Positions 14,001-26,406 of a DNA stretch of 64,000 nt are shown here, in pieces. Under the pieces are notes generated by a model that had not been told where the DNA came from, searched no databases, and was given only the letters and a program-made list of their open reading frames with translations. The stretch covers positions 248,001-312,000 of the forward strand of contig JBLDXI010000050.1 of the NCBI GenBank assembly GCA_047495785.1. The letters run 5' to 3'. Each line of letters opens with the position of its first letter. Within the stretch, counting starts at the first letter, position 1. A program made the translations under genes and the position numbers. The stretch is from Lepidodermella squamata. Taxonomy: Eukaryota > Animalia > Gastrotricha.

Positions 14001-14441
14001 AGCGTCACTCCAAGTCGCTCCGTTATCAATGCTGATTTTGTACTTATGATCGTCTTTCAGAAACACTGGCCAATTGCACGTTTGATTGCTCATCTGATCT
14101 GCGGTACCTAGATATGCAAATTCGCCACGTCAACGTGATTTTAGAACAGTTTTGTCAAATTTACTGAAGTCTGCGCACGACTTGATGCTTTTCGACCAAA
14201 AACCGCCGTCCATGCATTTTATGGTTGTTTTAGATGAGTTAGCTTGGCAAGTCACAGAAACAGTTGTTCCCAAGTCGAGGTCATAGGTGCCGTCCGGGGC
14301 GGCTGTCGCCCAATTGTTCTTGTAAGTGTTCACTTTTCTATTGCTTAAATTAGCAGTAGTTGCGTTCCATCTGCAAACTTCTGTTATTTGAGCTGTGCAA
14401 GACGTTATGCCAGCTAGAAGAGCTATAAGTCTTGCGAACAT
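11057..14441 (-). CDS. Array copy 4 surface glycoprotein
   Basis: MFARLIALLAG start at 14441; ORFs 13320-14093, 12450-12722 (part) and 11057-12232 with the same exon structure and SEA motif. Confidence 0.85.
12981..13274. mobile_element. MITE with ~50-bp imperfect TIRs enclosing a tRNA-like A/B-box segment
   Basis: gaacactttcggaaagtgcttatgaatgatagtacacacagcagaa versus ttctgctgtgtgtactatcagtcataaacactatccaaagtgttc; internal ggtggctcagtggtt...ggtttcgaatcc. Confidence 0.7.
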
Positions 14442-15026
14442 TTCGTTTCCTAAAATGTAACGCAATATTGTCTTCCGGATTTCTTTTAGAACGCTGGCTG
14501 TCAAATGTAAACAGCTTGTTAATTCTTCAAACCGAAACTGCGAGGTATACAAAGACTTCAAATGTCGTACTAAGGTAATTATTTTTTGAGTTGTTTAGAC
14601 ATTGAAAAATGAAGCCCTGGAAAAGCTTGTACATGATGCAATTAAACTGAAACGATAGAACTGTATTTGCCTACAATGACTGAAAATTATCTGCTTGTTA
14701 CAGCAATCCAGACTATCGGCCTGTCATTTTTTCCTTGTCTTAGCAAGACCAGATCTTTATGCCCTAGAGTAAGGCCAAGATCCAGATCGAAATTGTAGCC
14801 ATCAGGTCTTAAAACTAAGACCAAAGACCAAAGTCCGTAATAATTTTATTAAATTTATAGTCCATTTATGGATGTATTAGTCGGCGGGCAAACAAATTTT
14901 CAATCTCCAATCTGAATTTTGCATGAAAACTAACCTAGCGCGATGCATCGACCAATTATTCCTATTTTGTTATTGGGCATTTTTCAAGTTAATTTCAATT
15001 TTACGTTTTTGAGCTTCAGGCCTGGA

Positions 15027-15512
15027 TTTTTATTTATTATTTATTTATTTATTTATTTAGAAGCCATATCGCCCAGAAGGAGGCAGCTTAGCAAGTTGAA
15101 TGAAAGAGAAACATATAATTGTAGGACAGCGTGCAGAGGTATAGGACAAATCAGATGACATTAAATATTCGAAAGTGCGATGCAATTGTAGAAAATCCAA
15201 CAAAAGAATCAGACACAACAAATTGAGCAAAAATACAAAATATAATTGTGAACGACATTGCTGGCGTTGAAATGGGCGTAGGCAGCCTCGCGACACGCCT
15301 TTGCAGACTGCGCGTCGTGTACGTCCGAGGGCATTTCATTCCACAGATGCGGGCCCCTGTACGACAAACTCAGCTGGCCGCGCTCGGTCGTGAATGTCGG
15401 TTTGAGCATTGGCTCGAAATTGCGACAGCTATAGCCGTGGCTGCGATCGTTCAGTTTGAACATCGACTTGAAGTCGTCCGGCGCCATCTCGTGCAGGCTC
15501 TTCCATATAAAT
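15027..15512 (-). mobile_element. 5'-truncated CR1/L2-like LINE 3' end with (TAAA)n tail
   Basis: ORF 15209-15487 (..SLSYRGPHLWNEMP..), nearly identical to 61197-61678; (ttta)n tail at ~15027-15059. Confidence 0.8.
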
Positions 15513-15809
15513 CTGAAAGATAATTAATTCTTTTCAATTAGAATATACACGTAAAAGCACTGTCCATCTGGTGTTTGTGTTCGTTGTTCGTTGAAGACGC
15601 GACTAACTGCCGGTGACAGTAGCCCAAAAACCCAAGAGCCTAGGAGCAGCAGATCCGGCGATCGGCGATGAGGCAGCGCAAGAACGCGCCCATCGTCAAA
15701 CTTCATAGGTCCGGCCCAGCGTTCCGGCCGGTGCCTGTAAAATCTAAAATCTACCACGTTCTCCCTCGTTCGCCACACTTGACGTTTACCGCAGAAAGAG
15801 CTTCTACAG

Positions 15810-16120
15810 TAGGAAGGTTAGTGATATCACGCCGCTATTGATAGGGTTGCTTTGCATCTCGGAATGGGGCCAATCTTGATCATGGTTATATAATGGCCAA
15901 CTGACCGATCGTGAGACGGTCTCCAACCAGAGCTTCGTCAAGTAGCTGTGAGGCGTCTTGGAGGATCACATAACGATTCTGATTGACACTGAAATTGAGA
16001 CTGGCTCACAAGCAATGGTTGGATCTACAGCACGCCGGGCGAGTACTAACAAACTTACAAGCTAACACACCCACGGCACAAACGGCGAAATTACGGCTGT
16101 AATTTACAGGGTGGTTGAGA
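15810..16120. repeat. Dispersed repeat related to 58443-58660
   Basis: Shared gaaggttagtgatatc...tcgtgagacggtctccaa...ggatc(t/c)acagcac...agggtggtt. Confidence 0.6.
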
Positions 16121-16297
16121 ACATCCTCCAAATTTAAAGTTTATTGTCCTCGAGTTGCTTGACTTTACCAATCACCCAGTTTTAGCGATGATTATAGCAT
16201 TTATTATAGCAGATCGTTGAGAAAATTTTCTAGTAACCTATCCAGTCCGTCAGTATTAATTAGGCCGAAAATGACCTATCTAAATATGCATACTCAT

Positions 16298-16440
16298 TAG
16301 CTCAATTCCGGGCCCATCGTAGTTCCGTCCGGCGCGCGCGCGTCGGTTGCGCAATTGGAGGGTAAAAGTGGACTTAGCGCAAAACGCTAAGTCGAAATTT
16401 TCATCAAATCCAGAGCCGCGCGCGCTAATGTCAAAAGACT
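16298..16440. repeat. Transposon-like repeat, inverted copy at ~19908-19985
   Basis: agctcaattccgggcccatcgtagttccgtccggc..cggttgcgcaattggagggtaaaagtggact matches the reverse complement of 19908-19985. Confidence 0.6.
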
Positions 16441-16742
16441 AGTTTAGATTTTTTGGTCGGTTTTTACACCAAAATGAAGAGGAGGCAATTCTCTATCAAA
16501 TGATATATGCTTCTAGCGTGATAAAATTAAAGAAAATAATTTTTACGTGTATCTCAAGTTTTGAGAAGCGAGTGCGCGCGCTCATAAACTGGCGCGCTAA
16601 ATTTAAGGTGCGCGTAAAACTTTTTTAGTTTAATTTTTTCGCGCGAGAACCCCATATTCAATCGATAGAGAATTGTCTGAATTATTTTTGGGATTAAAAA
16701 CCGACGTGAAATTTGAAAGTAACCCTTTAGCATCTTCGCGAA

Positions 16743-19634
16743 TTACACTTTCAACTCGTACAATTTCGCGGCGTGATTTGCTTTATGCGATGGATTGTCT
16801 GTATCAGCGGGATGTTTCGTAGAGCTCATCGAGGTTCCTGTGGGGAGCAAAGGTCCATCCATCTTTTTAATATAAACTCCACCTAAGCGCGATGCTTCGA
16901 GTCCGTTAGCCAGCTTCGCATTAGCCGTTTCCCTCAATTTCTTCGTAGCCATTTCGACTCTCGCGGCAATTTCGCTTTCAGTTAGCTGTGTCAAACTCCT
17001 CAAAGCCACAATGTAATCCGAAATGATGCTGCCCTTCCGGAAACCAGTGATATTCACCCAAAGTACCTCACAACTCAATAGTTCGCCGGTAATATCAGCT
17101 TGCTTTCGAATAAGTGGCATCATGAAATCAGCTAAAGCGGTGAAGTTTGGGGAGCCAGGTCTGTCTAAGCTCGAATCCCAAGGCTGGGAGGAAATCGTTA
17201 GGTTAAAATTCGGAATATTAAACACATCGCCGATAATAATCATATTCATTACGGCCTGATATGTGTAGAGCGTCTTAGAGGTCATCATCGTTGCGGTAGT
17301 GTTAATAGGGATATCTCGAGTTAAGGGCATCGTTGTGGTAGCTGTCATTGCAGAAATAGTGTCAGGTGATGAAGTTATCGGGGGAGATGTTATCGGTGAA
17401 TTAGTACTGGAAGGTGAAGACTCAGTGGTAGCAGCGGTACTAGTATCAGCGGTAGTGGTATTAGTCATAATAGTGGTACTAGTGGTACTCGTTGAAGTAC
17501 TAACAGGGCCGTTGGTGTAGAACTTGATTTGGTGCAAATAGGCCTGTGTTTTGATAGCCAGTAGATGTATCTGATACTGGGCGTAAACCCCCATAACTAT
17601 ATCGTCAGATATCGAGTTGAATGAACTTATATCTACAGAAACTACAAATGTGGCGTAGCTGGAGTCCTGACAGAACACGGTTAGATTATTCCCGACTTTT
17701 TCCAGATAAAGCATCTGGAGCGAGCAGGATTTGCTCACATTGGTTGCCAGTACCAAGTTAGCAAGAGGCGCAGGCTTGCCAGAGTATTGAATTTCGTAAT
17801 AACCGGTTTTTGATCGGCGAACGAACATTCCGGCAAATGAGTCCAATTTCACGTTGAAGGCCCGGATTTCACTTGATCCTTTTGTCAGGTCGATTGACTG
17901 GGCTGCTACAAACCAAATTTCGAAGTCAACATTGGCGATGTCAATTGAAACATGGAAATCTGCGCGGAAATCGATCGATGCTTTAAAAGTCTGAATAAAA
18001 TGAATGTTAGCGTAGGTACTTAATACATCTGTTGAATGTTTTTCGACCGAAAATTGATGTTTCAAAGCTTTGATTTCAATACTTACTAGAGGAGACCACA
18101 CTACGCCTTGCTGGCCCATTGCAGCCAATCGAATCGTCATGCCGTTTCTCGTTATCGTCGCCGCTCCTCGGCGGTAGAATTTGTCTATCATTAAAAGCAG
18201 AAGCTTTTTATCAGAGAAAGCAAACTTTCCTCAACTTACGGAAGTTTGCAATGTTCATCGACAAATTTTCGTCGTAAGTCCAAGTGCAGGTTTGGCAAGA
18301 GTTAGGAGTCGATGTATCAGGAGACAAAACGGCTGTTAGAAAGGCAATCTTGAGAAGCGGAACCTTTTCGAAAAATCTCGGTATAACCTGATTTACATTG
18401 CCGGGAGAGTATGTCAGCTGAATCTCGATCAGAATAGAAAAAGTTGAACATCATGAGACAAGAAATTGCCCCAGAGGAATTGGAGCTAAAAATGCGCAAT
18501 TACTTGAGTACTTGAGTAAGAACATATGCATTTGCCACTCACGCTTCGCCGAGAGTGATATCAACCCCGGTGTTAGGAATGGTCCCATTTCCGGCTGCTA
18601 TAATTCCAGAGTTTATTTTAACACTCCCGCCAACGGCGAGTACAACCTTAGCTAGTTTCGCATCATGGCCAACCAAATACAGTAACCAGCCGTTCAAATT
18701 ACCGAAGTTGTTATCTTGGACAGGAGTGATTTTGCCTGGAAGGTTGATGTTCACGGTGCCACCGATAACTGATACTTTGTTAACAACGTTCCCAGATGAG
18801 ATCGCCACCAGATCGCCGCGGAAGACTCCTCTCGCTAACACTGCAATGGACCAGATCTGTCCGGATATTTGTGTGACGCTTTCTATGTTTTTTAACCATC
18901 CGCCATTCGATCCACCCAACTTATACCCTGTTTCCAATAATTTCCCTGATGTTATAGTTGTTAAAGCTGCTCCATCCATGGCGGAGAAACTTGGTGTGCC
19001 TTGAGTAACCGCTCTAAGCAACGTGTCGTTAGCCAGCGGCCAATAAGCTGTGAGCTTCGAGGGAGGTTTATCACCGGGTTCGCCACAATCAAAATTAGTA
19101 GGATCTGGCAGAAATTTGCCGTTGATACAGGTCGATTGAATGTAAGCTCCAGACGGGCAAAAATCTCTAACGATCGCATCTCCGCGTTTAGCTTTCAATG
19201 ATGAAGCGTCAGTCCAAGTCGCTTCGTTATCAACGCTGATTTTGTACCTATGATCGGCTTTCAACGCAACTGGCCAATCGCATGTTTGATTGCTCATTTG
19301 ATTGACGGAATCTATAGCCTCATAATGTTGAAGGAAACAACTTTTCACAAATTTACATACTAAAGTCTGAGCACTTGTTGATGCTTTTTGTCCACCAGCC
19401 ACCGTCCAAGCATTTTGTCGAGCTAGTACTCAAATCAGCATCGCAACTCACTGAAATAGTTGTTCCCAGGTCGAATGAAATGAAGGCGTTCGGCGTGAAA
19501 TTCTTCCGATTCATGTATGTATTGAAGCTGAATGTGGTTATTTTCGAGACAGTTGAGTTCCAGAGGCAAGTTTCTGTAGCCTGGGCTGTGCAAGCGGTTA
19601 CGCCCGCTAAAAGCACGATAAGTCTTGCTATCAT
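16743..19634 (-). CDS. Array copy 5; lacks the hydrophobic C-terminal tail
   Basis: Same exons and motifs as the other copies, but ends NHAAKLYELKV* next to repeat DNA. Confidence 0.8.
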
Positions 19635-20463
19635 TTCGAAATGTCAAAAAAACATGCAATTTTCTACTAGATATTCTCAGTTCGTGACTGCAAACAACTC
19701 GTTAATTTTCCAATTAAGACTCTCCTAGTTTTCTTGGCGAAATCACTTTCGTTTGGAGACATGGATAATGAAAATTTGAGCGCTAGGAATTCTTAACATC
19801 GTGCAAATTTATTCGTTACCTTCAAGGTTTTCTGCAGCTGAATAAGATAATTTATTGATTTATCGAGTGATGATACAACGAGATAACTACGAGATAACTG
19901 TATCGCATAGTCCACTTTTTAACCTCCAATTGTGCAACCGATGCGTGCGGGCCGGACGAAACTACGATGGGCCCGGAGTTGAGCTTGGAAAATATCCAAC
20001 TTTAAATGGTCATCTATTCCGTTCATTTTCAAACCCAATTCACCAAATGATCAAATCGATATTATTTCGAAGGCAATCCTTATCTTCGTGCGGCCACCAA
20101 CATTAATTGCGCACTCAAAAGGTAAAATTGGACTTACAAACGCCAAGTCGAAATGATTGCTAATGTCAAGAAACTAATGTTGACTTTGCAAGCCGTTTTT
20201 ATAGAAATGCAGGGAAATGACAGAGAAAACCTTACCCTAATTCCACTAGGATATGACTGGGAAATCGGTAGTTTTTCTGAAACTTCCTTGTGGCGAAAGA
20301 TTACCCGGTGACAGGATTTGCAAGTTCTGCTTGCAGCGCGCTATCCAATTTGTTTGCAAGGGAGTTTAGTCTCCGAAAATGGAAGAAAACCGCACACATT
20401 TTCTCTCTCGGAGAAGCTTCAACATTCAACAGTTGAGAATATTTGGCAGACTCGCGCAATATT

Positions 20464-21230
20464 TTAAAACAATATCCATGCCGAAGCTGTCTTTGAACAC
20501 AATATATTGCGCCAATGGCCGCGGAATCGGAACCCTTTGTTAACGACCCATTCCTCGGCCCGAATTACAGGGCACGCGCCATGCAACGTTCGACGATAAA
20601 CCGTTTCATCCGACTGGACATTGTACCAAAACAGCCCAGTACCCATTTCGGGCTCAACTCGTAGATTCAGATGGCTGAAAATCGTCGCTCCGCCTTGCTC
20701 AACGTCATTGAGGTAGATAAACAGAGTAGCAAGTCTGTCACCCAATTTCCCAGTGGGATGAGGTTGGATGAAGTCATAATGAGGCTTGTAGCGACCTCCC
20801 AATCCGTACGTGCTCACTTGAAAAGGCTCACTCGAATCTTCATCTTGAGCTCTCAAATCGGAAATCGCCTTAATTCTCTTCGCCAAATTCGGAAAGAATG
20901 AAGAATTACCACTGTCGGCCTAGCGGCCTTTGACAGTTGACGGGGAACTCCTAAACTTTGTTCAAGGCGATAAACGTTTACGCTTGGGCGTCTTACGAGA
21001 AGCTTGAAGGAAAATTGAATATTCCTTGATATACTTGAGACGTCCCATTCGTTGAATGGATGGCCCGAGGCCATGGGTCCCGAATGAGCGTTCTTAGGGG
21101 TCGCTTGCGGGGTCTCTTGAGTCAGACAGCTAGGTAGCGATTAGTGAGGTCTCGCCAATAAGCCAATAAATATCAGACAGTCGGATTCCTGGGTTGATCA
21201 TCCCCTCTTTGAAGGGCGATATAAAGTCTT
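20464..21230 (-). pseudogene. Prolyl 4-hydroxylase alpha 3' fragment interrupted by an insertion (~20905-21170)
   Basis: HYDF..DRLATLFIYLNDVEQGGATIF..LHGACPV nearly matches 30719-31150. Homology resumes at 21171-21230. No N-terminal part. EKWVVNKW has become EEWVVNKG. Confidence 0.85.
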
Positions 21231-21322
21231 TTATTGATTCTTATTTATTATTGCGGTAATGCTAACATTCAACCAAAAAGCATTTATATAGGGGAAAAAG
21301 GGTATAGAGTTTTACAGTGTAA

Positions 21323-24300
21323 TTACATGGAAATGACCATAGTTGAGAAGAGAATGAGAAAGCCTGTCAATGCCTGCGATTTCGTGACAGGATTCGCATG
21401 ATTTTTCGGTTCATATCCAACAACGCTGCCAACGGGTTGTTTTGTAAAGCCCGAGCCTGTAACTAGTAATGGCCCGTCGATCTGTCGAATGACTACCCCA
21501 CCCAATCGCGAGGAATCTAGCCCATTTGCGAGCTTGGCGGTGATTACTTCTTTCAGCTTCTCAGTTGCAACGGCGACTTTGAACGCAATCTCGCTCTCAG
21601 TTAGCTGCGTCAAACTCCTTAGAACTACAATGTAATCCGAAATGATGCTGCCCTTGCGGAAACCAGTGATATTCACCGAAAGAACCTCGCAATTCAACAG
21701 TTCACAGGTCTTATCAGCCTGCTGTCGAATGGCTGGCAGCATGAAATCGGCTATAGCGGTGAAATTGGGAGAGCCAGGTTGATCTAAGCTCGTATCCCAA
21801 GGCTGGGTGCGAATCGTGAGGTTAACATTCGGAATTTCGATGACATCGCCAATAATACTCATATTCATCGCTGGCTTGTATGTGTAAAACGTATCAGAGG
21901 CCTTCGCAGCAGCGGTTGTGGTCGGGGAGATATCCCGAGTGAAGGACGAGGTTGAAGTCGATGCAGTAGATGTAGTAGGTGAAGTAGTAGTAGATGCAGA
22001 TGTCGACGATTCAGTGTTAGCAGTGGTGCTAGAAGCAACAAAAGTACTGCCAGTGCTTGTAGTGGTACCAGCTGTACTCTTCGAAGTAGTAGTAACAAGA
22101 CCGTTAGTATGAAACTTGATCTGATGCAAATAGACCTGTGTCTTGATAGGAAGTGCATGTATTTGATACTGGGCAAAAATGCCCATGACTATATCAGCAG
22201 TTATCGAGTTGAATGGGCTGATATCTACCGAAAAGAGAAATACGACGTAGTTGGGGTCCTGACAGTACACGGTTAGATTCGTCCCGACTTTCTCTAGAAT
22301 AATCCCCTGGGGATTACAGGAGTTGGTCACATTGCCTGCCGATACTATGTTAGCAACAGGCACAGGCTCGGAAGAGTATTGAACTTCGTAACGACCAGTC
22401 TTTGTTCGGCGAACTAACATTCCAGCAAAAGAGTCCATTTTTAGGTTGAAGGCCCGGTTTTCACTCGAACCTTTTGTCAGGTCGATTGAGGTTGGGCTTG
22501 CAACAAACCATAATTCCAAATCAACATTGAGGGGATCTATTGATACTTGGAACTCAGCGCGGAAATCGATCGATGCCCGAAAAGTCTGAATAAAGTGTAA
22601 ATGTTTACATTTTCCTCACTCGGTTATTCGTCCAAGAATTTTCTTAGGAATAGATGGTAAAACTTACTAAAGGAGACCATACCACACCTCGCTGACCCAT
22701 TGCAGCCAATCGAATCGTCATGCCGTTCTTCGTTAGAGTTGCCGCCCCTCGGCGGTAAAACTTGTCTAAGATTAAGGTAAACTTCAGCGAAAACTGTCTT
22801 AACAGGCGAAGTTAAGACTTAAACGTGTGTCTTAACGAAGTTAAGTCTTAACAGGCCTAACTGGCGAAGTAGGGTTCTCGAACCAGGGGGTATTTTCAAG
22901 CCCAAATTGTATGACCAAAGGGTCCACCCTGTGATTTTTAGCGGAGTTTTGAGCCTTTGGCCTTGCAGGTTGGGGGTTTGAGAAAGCAAAATTCAAGTCC
23001 AAACTTTTGGATCGAGCCAACCGAAAACGTCGGGTTTAGACAATATTCACTGTCTAAAATTACTTGCACAAAAAAAATCGTCTTACGGAGGTTTGCTATG
23101 TTCATGGACAAATTGTCGTCGTAATTCCATGTGCATTTTTTGCAAGAGTTAGGTTTTGATGCGTCTGGAGACAGCATGGCTAAGGTATACAACACATTTT
23201 AGAAACATTTAACTTCGAAATTCGGAGCGTTTCTTCATCTAACTTGCTATGCACTGCCGGGCGAGTATGTCAGCTGAATCTCGATCAGAATAGAAAAAAT
23301 TGAACATCATGAGACAAGAAATTGCTCCGGAGGAATTTGATCTGAAAGAAAATTGCTCACTATTTCTCGTTACAAATATGATTTTGCCACTCACGCTTCG
23401 CCCAGGCTAACATCAACTCCAGAGGTAGGAAGTGTCCCGTTTCCGGCGGTTTTCATTCCCGAGCCATATTTCTTTCCCGCATAGAAGGCTGAAAGTACCA
23501 CCTTAGCCGATATCGCATCATGGCCAACCAAGAACAGTACCCAGCCGTTGACATTCCCGAAGTCTGCATTGTTCATAGAAGAGAGTCTGCCTGGTAGGTT
23601 TACTTTAACGAGAGCATCAACAACTGATACTTCGTAAGAAAGGTCCCCGGATGACATCTTGATCAGATGGCCACGAAAGTCGCCCCTAGCTAGCACTGCA
23701 ATAGACCAAGCCGGACCGAACACTTGCGTGACTTTCCCTTCACTTTTCAACCATCCGCCGTTCGGTCCACCTAACTTGTACCCATATTCCAAAAAGCTCA
23801 CTGATGTAATAGTGCTTAAACCTGCTCCATCCAAGACCGAGAAACTTGATGTGCCTTGAGTAACCGCTCTAAGTAATGTGTCTTTATTCAATGGCCAATA
23901 AGCTGTTAGCTTCGAGGGAGGTTTTTCACCAGGTTCTCCGCAATCAAAACTAGTGGGGTCTGGCAGAAATTTGCCGTTAAGACAGGTGGATTGAATGTGA
24001 GCTCCAGACGGGCAAAAATCTCTAACGGTCGCATTTCCGACTACAGCCTTGAGAGATGAAACGTCAGTCCAAGTCGCTTCGTCGTCCACGCTGATTATAT
24101 ACTTATGGTTGGCTATTAGTGCAACTGGCCAATCGCATGTTTGATTGTTCATCTGGTTGGCTGAATCTGCAAAGTCCTCATTTTATATAAGAATGTCCAA
24201 CACAAACGTATTTACTGAAGTCTACGCAACTACTGATGCTTTTAGTCCACCAGCCACTGTCCAAGCATTTCGTCGAAGTAGAATATGAAGTGCTGCTGCA

Positions 24301-24492
24301 AGTCACCGAAATAGTTGTTCCAAGGTCGTAATTGACGAGACTTTTCGGCAAAATGCTCTTTCGATTCAAGTATGTATTGATGAGGTATGCTGTTATAGGT
24401 GCGGATGCAGTGGAGTTCCAGACGCACGTTTCAGTAGCTTCGGCTGTGCAAGCGGTTATGCTTGCTAAAAGGGCAGTAAGTCTTGCCAGCAT
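21323..24492 (-). CDS. Array copy 6 surface glycoprotein
   Basis: ORFs 24178-24492, 23391-24152 and 21323-22519 plus small exons; FRKGSII; tail LTGFLILFSTMVISM. Confidence 0.85.
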
Positions 24493-26406
24493 CGCAAAAA
24501 TTTGCTGGATGTCGCCGAGAACTTTGATTGATGAAAGTGAAAACCTCGTTATAATTTCCTACAAGGCGCTTCGCAAATATACCGAAGAGGTTTCGGCTTG
24601 GTATTATCATTTTCCTAACACGAAGCAATTAATTGTAAACCGGTATCGCGCTGGGAAAAATTGGGTGAGGTATCAGCAGAAGAACCGAAACTAACGATCA
24701 CACCCACGGGAAATAATTCGAGCGGTAACTGTCAGAAGTGCGCTTCTACATTTTCCATCAAGCAACGCCCTATTCGCAATGTAGAAGAAGCTGGAAGGAT
24801 GCTTTGCTTCAACCACAGGGCCCCAGCAGGCGCGCAAAATTTAATGTGCGATGTTGTGGCTCAGTCATGCATTGGCTCAGTCATTGCGTCTTTCAAAATA
24901 CTATTTAGGAATTAATTTTATATAATTTGGCTAAAAATCTGAGCCAAACCAATTCTGAAAAATTAAACATGTGGCAAATTTGGCAAAAATCGACACTGTT
25001 TAATAGTCATGCTATCCAAGGGGTCTCCAGGGGACGAAATACATTATCGTGGACTCTGTTCAATTAAAACTAGATTTCGCGGTCTACGATTCATTTTGTT
25101 TCAATCATAGTATATCTTTTCGGCTCTCATAGATGATTTTGTAGCATTTTTGAAAATAGCTGTTTTCAGCGAATCAGTCTTCTGCCGAAGTCGGCATACT
25201 CGAATTAAAAAAAATCTGGAAAGTTAAATGGTCTAATTTCTAATCGTCCTCCATCAAACGGTGAAGAATATGCACAGTAATTTGGTTATCGCTTGCCACG
25301 TCTCAATTAGCTAACGATATTTTTTGAAAATTGGACTCAGGGACTAGCTTAGAAATGATTGAAAATGTGTACCCAATTTCTCTGATCTGAGTAGGTTTTC
25401 AAGTTTTCAGGAGTCTCGATCTCAACGAATTATCCCGCATACGGGCGTGGGGCGTCGTAAACCCTCACTACCTGGTTTTAGTGCATTTTTTCCCACTGCG
25501 CCCCCTACCTCCTACCTTGACCGGCTACTTTTGATGATTTTACAACCATGTTGATTGTTGAACTGATTTTCGATCCCTGAGAATAAAGCAGCAAATACAA
25601 AAATCCATTATCAGAGCGGACATTTAGACTATAGCACCCGTAACGCGAGCGAAGCGAGCTATAGCCGGCGCTATTTCTGAGGAGTTTTCAGCATGAATAG
25701 CCTAAAAATGCTCCAAAGTTGGTTGAGAGCTGACATTTACCTGCGGGGCGAGAGCTGTGGTATCACTTCTTTGGTATAAAAAGACGAAAAATCATTTTCA
25801 TTTTCATTGGAAATGTAACAAGGGAAAATGCGAAGAAAATCTATTGAAATTGACTTTTCTGTCGACGCTGGCGGCCCTTTTTGACTGGCGGCTACTGGGC
25901 TCCAGCCCTCCAAGCCCATGCGTTAATCCGGCACTGCGTACAACCTGCACTAGTTCAGACAAGTCTGGGGTGTACAGACTTGACGATGCTGGTACGACGT
26001 ATTGCCACGTAAAATCGTAAGTCCAGGAAATCAGTAATGACCTTGGAGAGAAGAGAAAAATCGGGAAATGGAAAGATAATGAGATCTGCTACCCAGTGAG
26101 ATGAGAAGCGGTAGCAGCAGGATATACTTATGATATTATAATAATTATTCTTACAATGAAGTAAGAGGGAATACGAGTAATAAATGATCAATTGCAGTCG
26201 AAAGCTTCAATTTTTTGGGTATATACAATAAATATAAGTATATAAGTAATAATAAATGACCTTTGTTCAATGGCCCTGTTATTCTTTTTGTGGCTCCGAA
26301 TCGCCACTCCGAATCACCGAAGGCTTTGTCCCATCATTGTAACCATTGAAAGGTGGAAAAATTCACACGAAAAGTCTGAAGTTGTTAGTTTTATTCAGCT
26401 TAGTAT

